A DNA stretch of 64,000 nt from Vicinamibacteria bacterium. GTDB taxonomy: Bacteria; Acidobacteriota; Vicinamibacteria; Fen-336; CBDFGD01. Numbering within the stretch: the first letter of the stretch is position 1; each line of letters begins with the position of its first letter. Below, piece after piece: positions 1-8,948 of this stretch. Position numbers and translations under genes: made by a program. Below the pieces are notes generated by a model, which was not told the DNA's origin, searched no databases, and was given only the letters and a program-made list of their open reading frames with translations. The stretch is taken from contig CBDFGD010000002.1 of NCBI GenBank assembly GCA_965246965.1, positions 1,612,890 to 1,676,889 of the forward strand, read 5' to 3'.

Positions 1-31
1 GCCGCCATCAACAGGCCGTCGACGAGCACGG

Positions 32-769
32 CTAGAAACCCACGCGGCGCATCACGGCGCGCGGGAGCCAGCGAATCACGAGCGTGATCAGCCCCCAGGG
101 CGCCGGAGCGTAGACGACAGGTTTGCCCCGATCGATGGCGCGCAGCACCCGGCGGGCCACGCTCTCGGGCTCACCGGCGAACGGCGGTGGCCTGAGCCCC
201 TCGGTCATTCCCGTCTTTACGAAGCCCGGCTTGACACAGACGGTCACGAGCCCCTGGGCGCGATATCTGTGATCCAGCGCTTCGAGGTAGCGGGTCAGGC
301 CCGCCTTGGCGGCGCCGTACAGGACGACGGGCTTGCGACCCCGCTCGCCTGCCACGGAGCTGAAGACGCACAACGTGCCGCCACCTCGCGCGAGCAGGCG
401 GCGCCTCGCCTCCTCGCAGAAGCTCACGGTGTGAGCGAAGTTCACGGTGAGCAGACGCCGCGTCAGATCGGCATCCGCTTCGAGCGTCTCCTGGGTCGCG
501 AAGAGCCCAGCCGTCACCACGACGGTGTCCAGGTCACCGAGGACCTCGACGGCGGCGTCGAGGGCCGGACCGAACTGCTCCGGCTGCTCCAGGTCGCAGC
601 GGGCCACGCCGATCGGATGGGTGCCCCCGCGCGCTTCGAGGTCACGTGCGCTGCGCTCCAGGTCCTCTACGTTGCGGCCCAGCAGGAACAGGGTGTCCCC
701 GCGGATCGCCATCTGCCGCGCGAGCGCCCGTCCCATACCCTTCGTGGCGCCGAGGATGGCGACCTTCAC
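32..769 (-). CDS. dprE2: Short-chain dehydrogenase/reductase, DprE2-like (decaprenylphosphoryl-2-keto-ribose reductase homolog)
   Basis: 245-aa ORF with an SDR Gly-rich NAD(P)-binding N-terminus (ILGATKGMGRALA). It has a YGAAK catalytic motif and C-terminal similarity to mycobacterial DprE2 as recalled from memory. Its start overlaps the stop of the upstream FAD oxidase at 766-769, the same order as dprE1-dprE2. Confidence 0.7.
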   Translation of the reverse strand: MKVAILGATKGMGRALARQMAIRGDTLFLLGRNVEDLERSARDLEARGGTHPIGVARCDLEQPEQFGPALDAAVEVLGDLDTVVVTAGLFATQETLEADADLTRRLLTVNFAHTVSFCEEARRRLLARGGGTLCVFSSVAGERGRKPVVLYGAAKAGLTRYLEALDHRYRAQGLVTVCVKPGFVKTGMTEGLRPPPFAGEPESVARRVLRAIDRGKPVVYAPAPWGLITLVIRWLPRAVMRRVGF

Positions 770-2076
770 GCCGGGTCACCGAGGACCCGAACCGATTGAG
801 CCGAGCGGAAGCGCCCTTCCGGGTCCCAACGCCGCCTGACCTCCCGCCACTCCGCGAGGCGCGGCTCCATCGCCGCGAAGTGATCGGGCCGGGTGAACTG
901 GTCCTTGGCGAGGTAGACGCGGCCGCCTTCCCGGATCACGGCCCCATTCAGCGCGTCGACGAGCGACTGAGTGTCGTCGCGAACCGGAATGTCGAGTGCG
1001 ATCGAGATGCCGCGCTTCGGAAACGACAGGAGACCTTCCCCTTCGTCACCACAGTCCTTGATCACACACAGCATCGACGCCCCGCCCCGCCGGCTCAGCA
1101 GCTCGAGGAAGCGGCGGGCGGCATCGCGACCCGCGGCCTTCGGCAGCACGCACTGGTACTGAGCAAAACCGCGCGGCCCGTACATCTTGTTCCAGCCGCC
1201 GATCGCGTCGAGCGGATAGAAGAACTTCTCCGGGTTCATCACGCGTCGACGCACGCCACGCGGATGCACGCCGTAGAGCAGGGCGTTGAAGATCCGGACC
1301 GACCAGCGATCGATGAGCCAACCCGGCAGAACGACCGGCAGCGCCGGGCGTTGCAACGGACCCGGGACGCCGCTCGGGGCCTCGTCCGACGCGGCCCAGC
1401 GGCCGCGCGCCAGGATGCCACGGCCGAGCGCCTTTCCGCGCGAGAGGCAGTCGATCCAGCCCATCGTGTACGGCCAGCCGTCGGCCGACGCCTTGAGAGC
1501 GTCGATGAACGCATCGATGTCCTGGACCCGCTCGCTCTCGACGAGCATCCAGGGCGACGGGATCGTGGCGAGCTTCAGCTCGACCTCGAGGATGGCACCG
1601 GTCAAGCCCATCCCTCCTACCGTTGCGCGGAACAGATCGGTGTTCTCCGTGGGAGAGCATTCCAGCACGCGCCCATCGGCCACCCGCATGCGAAGCCCCT
1701 GGACGTGTCGGCCGACACAGCCGTCGCGATGGTGGTTCTTGCCGTGGACGTCCGCGGCCACCATGCCCCCGAGGGTGATCTGCTGCGTGCCCGGCGTCAC
1801 GGGACTGTAGAAACCGCGGGGTAGGTAGAGACGGTTGAGGTCCCGCAAGGCGAGTCCCGCCTCGGCACGCAGCGTGGCAGTCGGTGAGTGGAACGAGAGG
1901 ATGCGATCCGCCAGCGTCGTCCCGGCGACGATCGGCTGGCCGGGCGGCGGCAGCGAGGAGTCCCCGTAGGACCGCCCCAGACCGCGACACAGCGTCGCGT
2001 CCCGCGTCAGCGCGACGAGGTCCTCGGAGCGCACCTCCCGGCCCGGGAGCGGCACCCGTCCCCAGCCGGAGAGCAT
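766..2076 (-). CDS. dprE1: FAD-dependent oxidoreductase, DprE1-like (decaprenylphosphoryl-beta-D-ribose oxidase homolog)
   Basis: The ORF runs to 2250, but similarity begins at MLSGWGRV (ATG at 2076). Motifs LGRSYGD, PGTQQITLGG, HGKNHH and TVGGMGLTG match the FAD-binding PCMH-type domain and mycobacterial DprE1 as recalled from memory. It is followed directly by the SDR gene. Confidence 0.7.
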   Translation of the reverse strand: MLSGWGRVPLPGREVRSEDLVALTRDATLCRGLGRSYGDSSLPPPGQPIVAGTTLADRILSFHSPTATLRAEAGLALRDLNRLYLPRGFYSPVTPGTQQITLGGMVAADVHGKNHHRDGCVGRHVQGLRMRVADGRVLECSPTENTDLFRATVGGMGLTGAILEVELKLATIPSPWMLVESERVQDIDAFIDALKASADGWPYTMGWIDCLSRGKALGRGILARGRWAASDEAPSGVPGPLQRPALPVVLPGWLIDRWSVRIFNALLYGVHPRGVRRRVMNPEKFFYPLDAIGGWNKMYGPRGFAQYQCVLPKAAGRDAARRFLELLSRRGGASMLCVIKDCGDEGEGLLSFPKRGISIALDIPVRDDTQSLVDALNGAVIREGGRVYLAKDQFTRPDHFAAMEPRLAEWREVRRRWDPEGRFRSAQSVRVLGDPA

Positions 2077-2240
2077 CTCGTCACGAGAGAGGGAGGTCGC
2101 GCCAGGCTCGCGCGCGGCCCTGGTCAGCTCGGCCTGCAAGCGTGTCGCGCGAGGGAGGGGCGCGGCGGCCGTTTGGAGCTTTCGTGCGGCGCCGGCATGG
2201 CGAGAGTGTAGCATTGGGCCGTTTTTCGATAGGAGAACCC

Positions 2241-5200
2241 ATGCGCCCATCGATGCTCAGCGCCGTGCTGCTCGCTTGCCTCGCACTTCCGGCCGGCGCC
2301 CAGGAGGACCAGGAGAAGGAAGAGGAGAAGTGGGACGTCGACAAACCACCGGGCCCGCACTCCTCCGTCGAGATCGACACCGACGAGGGGACGTGGCTCA
2401 GCGTCGACGTCTCCCCGGACGGGAGCGAGATCGCCTTCGATCTGCTCGGCGACATCTACAGGATCCCGATCGAGGGAGGAGACGCCGAAGCCCTGACATC
2501 GGGGGTGGCGTGGGACATGCAACCCCGCTACAGCCGCGACGGAAAGAGCATCGCGTTCACGAGCGACCGCGGCGGCGGCGACAACATCTGGGTCATGGGG
2601 CGCGACGGCTCGGAGGCCGTTACCGAAGAGACGTTCCGGCTGCTCAACAGCCCGGTCTGGACGCCTGACGGCGAGTACCTGATCGCGCACAAGCACTTCA
2701 CGAGCGCGCGCTCGCTCGGCGCCGGCGAGATGTGGCTCTACCACCGATCCGGCGGCGCGGGAGTGCAGCTCACCGAGAAGCCGAACGACCAGAAAGACGC
2801 CGGGCCGCACCTTCCAGTACAACAAGGACTCGAACACGGAGATCTACGTCATCCAGCGGCTCGACCGCGAGACGGGCGAAACGGAGGAGTACATCAGCGG
2901 CCCGGGCGGTTCGATCCGCCCGACGCCTTCGCCCGATGGGAAGTCGCTGGCGTTCGTGCGCCGGATCCGCTTCCAGTCCGTGCTCTTCGTCCAAGACATC
3001 GAGTCGGGTCTGGAGACGCCGATCTATCACGCCCTCGATCGCGACATGCAAGAGACCTGGGCGATTCACGGCGTCTACCCATCGATGGCCTGGACACCGG
3101 ACAGCTCTTCCATCGTGTTCTGGGCGGGCGGGAAGATCCGCCGCGTCGACGTCTCCTCGCACGAGGCTGCGGTCATACCGTTCCGCGTCAAGGCGACGCG
3201 TCGGGTCGCCGAGGCCCTTCGCTATCCGGTCGACGTGGCCCCCGAGAAGTTCCCCGTGCGCATGCTGCGCTGGGTGCAGGTGTCGCCGAGCGGTGACCGC
3301 GTCGTCTATCAGGCGCTCGGACACCTGTACGTGCGCTCGCTGCCGGACGGAACGCCGGAACGGCTGACGTCACAATCTGACCACTTCGAGCACTACCCCT
3401 CGTGGTCGCGTGACGGCAGCCAGATCGTCTACACCACTTGGGACGATGACGAGCTGGGCAGCGTTCGCGTCGTCTCGGCGATCGGCGGCGAGGGTCGCGT
3501 CGTGACGGACCGGAAAGGTCACTATCTGGAGCCGGTCTTCTCGCCCGACGGCGCGACGATCGTCTACCGCCGTGCTGCGTCTCCAGGGTTCATCCGCTCG
3601 CCGCTCTACTCGTCCGACCCAGGCGTCTACCAGGTCGACGCCAGCAGTGGCGTATCGAAGCTCGTGACGAGAAGCGGAGTGCAACCGCACTTCGGGGCCG
3701 CGAGCGACCGTGTCTTCTTGCTGCGTCGCGAGGAAGAGGACAAGCGCTCGCTCGTGAGCATCGAGCTCGACGGCAGCGATGAGCGTTCGCACCTGGGCAG
3801 CGTCAAGGCGACCGAGTACCAGGTCTCGCCCGACGGCAATTGGGTGGCCTTCGGTCACGGCTTCAACGCGTTCATCTCGCCGTTTCCTGCGACGGGCAAG
3901 AGGATCGAGATCGGGCCCGATTCGGAGGCACTTCCGGTGAAGAAGGTCTCCGGCGAGAGCGGCGAGTATCTCCACTGGTCGGGAGACAGCTCGCGCCTGC
4001 ATTGGTCGCTGGGGCCCGAGCTCTACACACGTGAGCTGAAGGACGCGTTCGACTTCCTGCCGGGCGCGCCGGAGGAGCTGCCCGACCCGCCAAGGAGCGG
4101 CGCCCCGATCGGCTTCACGGCGGACACGGATGTGCCGAGCGGTCGCGTCGCCCTCGTCGGAGGGCGCCTCATTACCATGCGCGGCGACGAGGTGATCGAG
4201 GATGGCGTGGTCGTCATCGAGCGGAATCGGATCGTCGCCGTCGGGCCAAGAGCGAGTACCAGCGTTCCGAGCGACGCCGAGACGATCGATGTCGCCGGAC
4301 ACACCGTCATCCCCGGGCTCGTCGACGTTCACTGGCACGGCGTGATCGGCACCCAGGAGTTCATCCCGGAGAGCAACTGGGTGCTCTACGCTGGTCTGGC
4401 GTTCGGTGTCACGACGGCTCACAACCCGTCGTTCGACACGAGCACCATCTTCTCCGGCGCCGAGATGGCGATGGCGGGTCGAGTCGTCTCGCCGCGCATC
4501 TTCTCGACCGGGACGATTCTCTACGGCGCGACCACCGCGTTCACCGCCGAGATCGACAGCCTCGACGATGCACGTTTCCACGTCGGGCGGATGAAGGCCG
4601 TCGGCGCCATCACCGTCAAGAGCTACAACCAGCCGCGGCGCGACCAGCGCCAGCAGGTGATCGCGGCGGCCCGCGAGATGGAGATGATGGTGGTTCCGGA
4701 GGGCGGGTCTCTCTACGAGCACAACATGACCATGGTCGTGGACGGCCACACCGGAATCGAGCACGCGATTCCCGTCGGGGCCATCTACGAGGACACTCTT
4801 CAGCTCTGGGGCGGCAGCGACGTTGGCTACACCCCGACGATCGGAGTCGGCTACGGCGGCCTCAACGGCGAGTCCTACTGGTATGCGAAGACGAACGTGT
4901 GGGAGAACGAGCGGCTGATGGAGTTCGTGCCCCGGCGCGTCGTCGACTCGAGGGCGCGGCGTCGCACACTCGCCCCGGACAATGAGTGGAACCATATGAA
5001 CATCGTGCGCATCGCGAAGGAGCTGACCGACGTCGGTGTCAGCGTCCAGATCGGCGCCCACGGTCAGCGCGAAGGTCTCGCAGCGCACTGGGAACTCTGG
5101 AGCCTCGCCCAGGGAGGCATGACGCCGCTCGAGGTGATCCGCGCAGGGACGCTGAACGGAGCCGAGTACCTCGGACTCGATGGGGACCTTGGCTCCATCG

Positions 5201-5388
5201 AGGTGGGCAAGCTCGCCGATCTCGCGGTGATCGGCGGCAACCCTCTCGAGGACATTCGAGAGACCGAGCGGGTGCGCTACACCGTCCTGAATGGTCGCGT
5301 CTACGACGCCGCCAACATGAACGAGATCGGCAACCACCCGAAAGAGCGCGGCAGTTTCTTCTGGGAGGATATGGACGGCGAGCGTTAG
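2241..5388 (+). CDS. TolB-like beta-propeller + amidohydrolase family protein; apparent +1 frameshift near 2805-2812
   Basis: A signal peptide is followed by repeated WD40-like/TolB-like 'SPDG...' blades and a C-terminal metal-dependent amidohydrolase domain (GLVDVHWHG, HT..EHA). The reading frame switches from frame 0 to frame 1 at about 2808 (…KDAGPH / TFQYNKDSN…). Both parts read as one continuous protein of about 1049 aa. Confidence 0.7.
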
Positions 5389-5426
5389 GGGTCGCTCGGG
5401 TACCGCTCCGGGGCAGGCCACGCTAA

Positions 5427-5458
5427 CCAAGGGCAGCGGTTACCACCGCTGCCCTTGG
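5427..5458. terminator. Perfect 13-bp stem hairpin (CCAAGGGCAGCGG-TTACCA-CCGCTGCCCTTGG) 39 nt after the amidohydrolase stop
   Basis: Perfect inverted repeat read directly from the sequence. It is not followed by a U-tract, so it is a putative rho-dependent or structural terminator. Confidence 0.45.
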
Positions 5459-5478
5459 TATCACATTCACCAAAGAGG
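5456..5478 (+). repeat. 23-bp direct repeat copy 1 (TGGTATCACATTCACCAAAGAGG)
   Basis: Identical 23-mer to 5544-5566. Relatively AT-rich. It overlaps the 3' arm of the hairpin and lies in the intergenic region upstream of the SGNH hydrolase gene. Confidence 0.6.
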
Positions 5479-5543
5479 CCTGCCCTACGCGGCACCACTC
5501 GCTCAGGCTGAACAGATCGCATCGTTCGCCGGCACCGCGCTCC

Positions 5544-5566
5544 TGGTATCACATTCACCAAAGAGG
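5544..5566 (+). repeat. 23-bp direct repeat copy 2 (TGGTATCACATTCACCAAAGAGG)
   Basis: Perfect copy 88 bp downstream of copy 1 and about 55 bp upstream of the start at 5620. It is a candidate regulator-binding or promoter element. Confidence 0.6.
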
Positions 5567-5619
5567 GCCACTCGTCGCGACAGCTCTGGCTTGGGCCGGA
5601 CGAGCCGAGTGTGTGAGGC

Positions 5620-6843
5620 TTGCGCATGAGTCTCGTGCCGCGGCGGGTGCTGGGCAACCTCGTCCTGCTCGTCGTCACAGCCGCGCTCAGTCTCGGCGTG
5701 CTGGAGCTCGGGATGCGAGCGGCTCGGCTGGGGCGAGGGGGTGGCAAAGAGCAGTCGGAAGTACTGCAGTACAACGAGTACGATCCGCTGCTCGGCTGGC
5801 GCAAGACGCCGGGAGCCCGCGTCAGCTACCACCGCCGTGAGTACTCGGTCGAAGTGGCCATCAACAACAAGGGTCTGCGAGACGTCGAGCGTCCCTACGC
5901 GCCGAGCGCCGGATCGAGTCGCATCCTCGCGCTGGGCGATTCGTTCGTCGAGGGCTACACCGTCCGAGCCGACGAGACCGTCACGGCGCAGCTCATGCGA
6001 GAGCTCGCCCGGCCCGGGTGCCTGACCGAGATCATCAACGCCGGAACCGCAGCGTACAGCACCGACCAGGAGCTTCTCTTCTTCCGAAGCGAGGGCATCC
6101 GCTATCAGCCCGAGATCGTGATCGTCTTCTTCTTTTACAACTACATCATCCACAACGATCGGCAGCTCTACTACGGTCGCCCCAAGCCGATCTTTCAGAC
6201 GACCGACGAGGGCATCGAGCTGCATCGGTATCCGCTGCCCCGCGTCAGCCCACCGCCGCCGAGCGGTGAAGCGCCCGGGGAGGCCGGCTCGGCGCTGCTC
6301 GGCTTCGTCCGTAGCCGACTGTATTCGGGAGCGCCGGACCTGCACGACCGTCTCGCGAAGCTGGGGCTCTGGCCCCCGATTCAGGAGCGGGGCGCGAGAT
6401 TGGAGCTGCGCGTCTTCGAAACGCGCGCTATCCCGGACCTGGAAGAGGCGTGGAGCAAGACGGCGGCGATCCTTCGAACACTGCGCGACGACGTCGAGGC
6501 ATCCGGAGCGCAGCTGCTCGTGGCCTACATCCCCAGCCGGATGGAAGTCCACGACGACTCGTGGCGTCTCACGCAGCGCCTCTACGGCTTCGAGCCGGGC
6601 TCATGGGACCGTCGCCGCGTGGCGGAGCGCCTGCTCGCCCTCGGCGAGCGCGATGGCCTCTCCGTCCTGGACCTGACGACCCCGCTGCGGGACGTCGACC
6701 GCGGGCTCATGGGACGCCCCTACTTCGACGACGACGGCCACTGGACCGCGATCGGCCATCGCGCCGCGGCCCAGGCGATCGCCAATCTGCTGAGGCTCGA
6801 GCGATGGCTGGAACCGTGCGAAGCAGGCTCAGCTGGAACGTAG
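5620..6843 (+). CDS. SGNH/GDSL hydrolase family protein (AlgX/AlgJ-like) with N-terminal transmembrane anchor
   Basis: GDSFVEG block I of SGNH hydrolases sits after an N-terminal transmembrane helix. The protein is 407 aa. Confidence 0.65.
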   Translation: MRMSLVPRRVLGNLVLLVVTAALSLGVLELGMRAARLGRGGGKEQSEVLQYNEYDPLLGWRKTPGARVSYHRREYSVEVAINNKGLRDVERPYAPSAGSSRILALGDSFVEGYTVRADETVTAQLMRELARPGCLTEIINAGTAAYSTDQELLFFRSEGIRYQPEIVIVFFFYNYIIHNDRQLYYGRPKPIFQTTDEGIELHRYPLPRVSPPPPSGEAPGEAGSALLGFVRSRLYSGAPDLHDRLAKLGLWPPIQERGARLELRVFETRAIPDLEEAWSKTAAILRTLRDDVEASGAQLLVAYIPSRMEVHDDSWRLTQRLYGFEPGSWDRRRVAERLLALGERDGLSVLDLTTPLRDVDRGLMGRPYFDDDGHWTAIGHRAAAQAIANLLRLERWLEPCEAGSAGT

Positions 6844-8007
6844 TCGCTTCAGTCGCGCCGTCGCCGCGATGCCGACCGCGGGGCCGAGTGCCAGGATGGG
6901 AAAGGCCCAGCGCCAGGAGAACGCGTCGGCCAGCATCGGAACCAGCTGAATGGTCACGATCGTGAGCAGGAACCCGAGCGAGGTCTGAAGCGCGAGCGCC
7001 GTTCCCACCGCGTGGGAAGGCGCTATCTCCGTCACCAGCGCGCTGAATTGGGCGGAGTCGGCGATCACGAGCACGCCCCACCCGAGAGAGACGATCACCA
7101 ATGGCCAGAGCGGGCCGCCGAAGAGGATTCCAGTGAGCAGACAGCAGAGCCCGCTGCCGAGCAGAGCCACCTGCACCAGGCGCTCCCGCCCCCAGCGATC
7201 CGCGAGCCAGCCACCTGCGACACAGCCGACGGCGCCGGCTGCGACGGCGAGAAACGCCACGAGATCCGTCGCGAAGGGCACGCCGCTGGCTGCGGCGCTC
7301 GCCGCCAGGAAGGCAGGCAGCCATGTCCACATGGCGTACAGCTCCCACATGTGACCGAGGTACCCGACCGTCGCCAGTCGGGTCGGACGATGCCGGAGCA
7401 CGATGCCGACCAGCGCCCAGCTGAAGGGTCGGCGCTCGAAAGTATGGGGGCCGTCCCGGTAGCCCGCGCCGATCAAAAGCGCCGCCGCGAAAGCGCCCAG
7501 CGACGTCGCGAGAACGACGGTCTGCAGATCGCCGCCCCCAAGCGAGCGGATCAGGTAAGGCGTCCCCTTGCCGATCGTCAGGGCCCCGACGACGGCGCCG
7601 ATCGCGAGGCCGCGAGCGTCCCTGAACCACGTCGCCGCCATCTTCATCGCGGGCGGATAGACGCCGGCCAGGCAGAAGCCGGTCAAGAAGCGCAGCGTGA
7701 GAGCGCCTTCGTAGCCCGAGGTCGCGAGAAGCGCCAGGTTGGCCAGCGCGGCCATCATCGCGCTCAGCGCGAACAGCCAGCGCGTCGCGATCAGGTCGAC
7801 GAGATTCAGAAGCGCGAGCATCGCCGTGCCGGCGACGAAGCCGATCTGCACGGCGCTCGTGAGAGCAGCGCTCCGCGAGGCGTCGAGGGCCCAGAGCGCC
7901 TGCATGTGCTGCGCGGCGGCACTGGCGCCAAACCACGGCGACATGCCCAGCAGCTCGGCCGTCGCGATCAACCCGAGCGCACGCCAACGACCGTCGTTGC
8001 TGGTCAT
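6829..8007 (-). CDS. MFS transporter
   Basis: About 12 predicted transmembrane helices with a typical MFS composition. Start chosen at the ATG at 8007 (MTSNDGRW…). It is convergent with the SGNH gene and overlaps it by 15 bp. Confidence 0.7.
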   Translation of the reverse strand: MTSNDGRWRALGLIATAELLGMSPWFGASAAAQHMQALWALDASRSAALTSAVQIGFVAGTAMLALLNLVDLIATRWLFALSAMMAALANLALLATSGYEGALTLRFLTGFCLAGVYPPAMKMAATWFRDARGLAIGAVVGALTIGKGTPYLIRSLGGGDLQTVVLATSLGAFAAALLIGAGYRDGPHTFERRPFSWALVGIVLRHRPTRLATVGYLGHMWELYAMWTWLPAFLAASAAASGVPFATDLVAFLAVAAGAVGCVAGGWLADRWGRERLVQVALLGSGLCCLLTGILFGGPLWPLVIVSLGWGVLVIADSAQFSALVTEIAPSHAVGTALALQTSLGFLLTIVTIQLVPMLADAFSWRWAFPILALGPAVGIAATARLKRLRSS

Positions 8008-8183
8008 CCTGATCGCGCAAGCTAGCACGTGGGGCCGCCACGACCCGGTGTTAGGCTGCCCCACCCCGACGCAATGATCCGCCGCGGTTTCCTGTCGCTC
8101 GGTTGCTACGGCTCCGTAGGGAGCTGGTTGCTCGGAGCTCGTCGGACCCAGGCCAGGCGCGCGGGCCAGAACCGAGGAGAGGC

Positions 8184-8948
8184 GTGATCCAGCTCGAGCA
8201 TCTGACGCGGCGCTTCGCGGGTGTCGCCGCGGTGGACGACGTGTCGCTCTCGGTGCGCGAAGGTGAGCTGCTCGTGCTGCTCGGCAGCTCGGGCTCCGGG
8301 AAGACCACTACGTTGAAGATGGTCAACCGGCTCATCGAACCGAGCTCGGGTCATATCGTCATCGACGGCCAGGACGTCCGCGACGTCGAGGTCCACGAGC
8401 TGCGACGTCACATCGGCTACGTGTTCCAGAAGGTCGGGCTCTTCCCGCACATGACCGTGTCCGAGAACATAGGCATCACGCCGCGACTGCTCGGGTGGCC
8501 TCGCGAGAGGATCGACGCCCGCGTTGCCGAGTTGCTCGAGTTGGTCGAGCTCGATCCTTCGCTGCTTGCGCGGCGTCCGGCCCAGCTCTCGGGCGGTCAG
8601 CAGCAACGCGTCGGCGTCGCCCGAGCGCTGGCGGCCGAGCCCTCGTTGATGCTGCTCGACGAGCCGTTCGGTGCGCTCGATCCGCTCACGCGCGATCGCC
8701 TCCAGCAATCCTTTCTCGAGATTCGACGCCGGTTGGGGATGACCGCGATCTTCGTGACGCACGACATGACCGAGGCCCTTCTGCTCGGCGATCTGATCGC
8801 CGTGATGCGGGCTGGGCGCCTCGTGCAGCTCGGCACGCCACGCGAGCTCGTGCAGCGCCCCGCCGATGACTACGTGTCGGAGCTCATGCAGACGCCGCGC
8901 AGGCAAGCCTCGGTGTTCGACGCACTCGCAAAAGGCGAGGGTCCTTGA
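8184..8948 (+). CDS. ABC transporter ATP-binding protein, glycine betaine/choline (Opu/ProV-like) type
   Basis: Walker A GSSGSGKTT, signature LSGGQQQRV and Walker B LLLDEP. GTG start at 8184 preceded by GAGGAGAGG. It is immediately followed by the permease/substrate-binding gene. Confidence 0.8.
   Translation: MIQLEHLTRRFAGVAAVDDVSLSVREGELLVLLGSSGSGKTTTLKMVNRLIEPSSGHIVIDGQDVRDVEVHELRRHIGYVFQKVGLFPHMTVSENIGITPRLLGWPRERIDARVAELLELVELDPSLLARRPAQLSGGQQQRVGVARALAAEPSLMLLDEPFGALDPLTRDRLQQSFLEIRRRLGMTAIFVTHDMTEALLLGDLIAVMRAGRLVQLGTPRELVQRPADDYVSELMQTPRRQASVFDALAKGEGP

Noticed and set aside
3370-5430. 686-aa ORF on the minus strand
   Set aside because: It is entirely antisense to the well-supported amidohydrolase gene. 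High-GC genomes produce long stop-free antisense frames. The sequence is low-complexity Ala/Arg/Val-rich with no motifs.
5400-5620. Possible mini CRISPR-like array (two identical 23-mers)
   Set aside because: Only two copies. The spacer is 65 bp and includes a hairpin. There are no cas genes. More consistent with paired regulatory sites.
6707-8041. 444-aa minus-strand ORF
   Set aside because: Alternative frame of the MFS transporter gene. Arg/Asp/Gly-rich nonsense.
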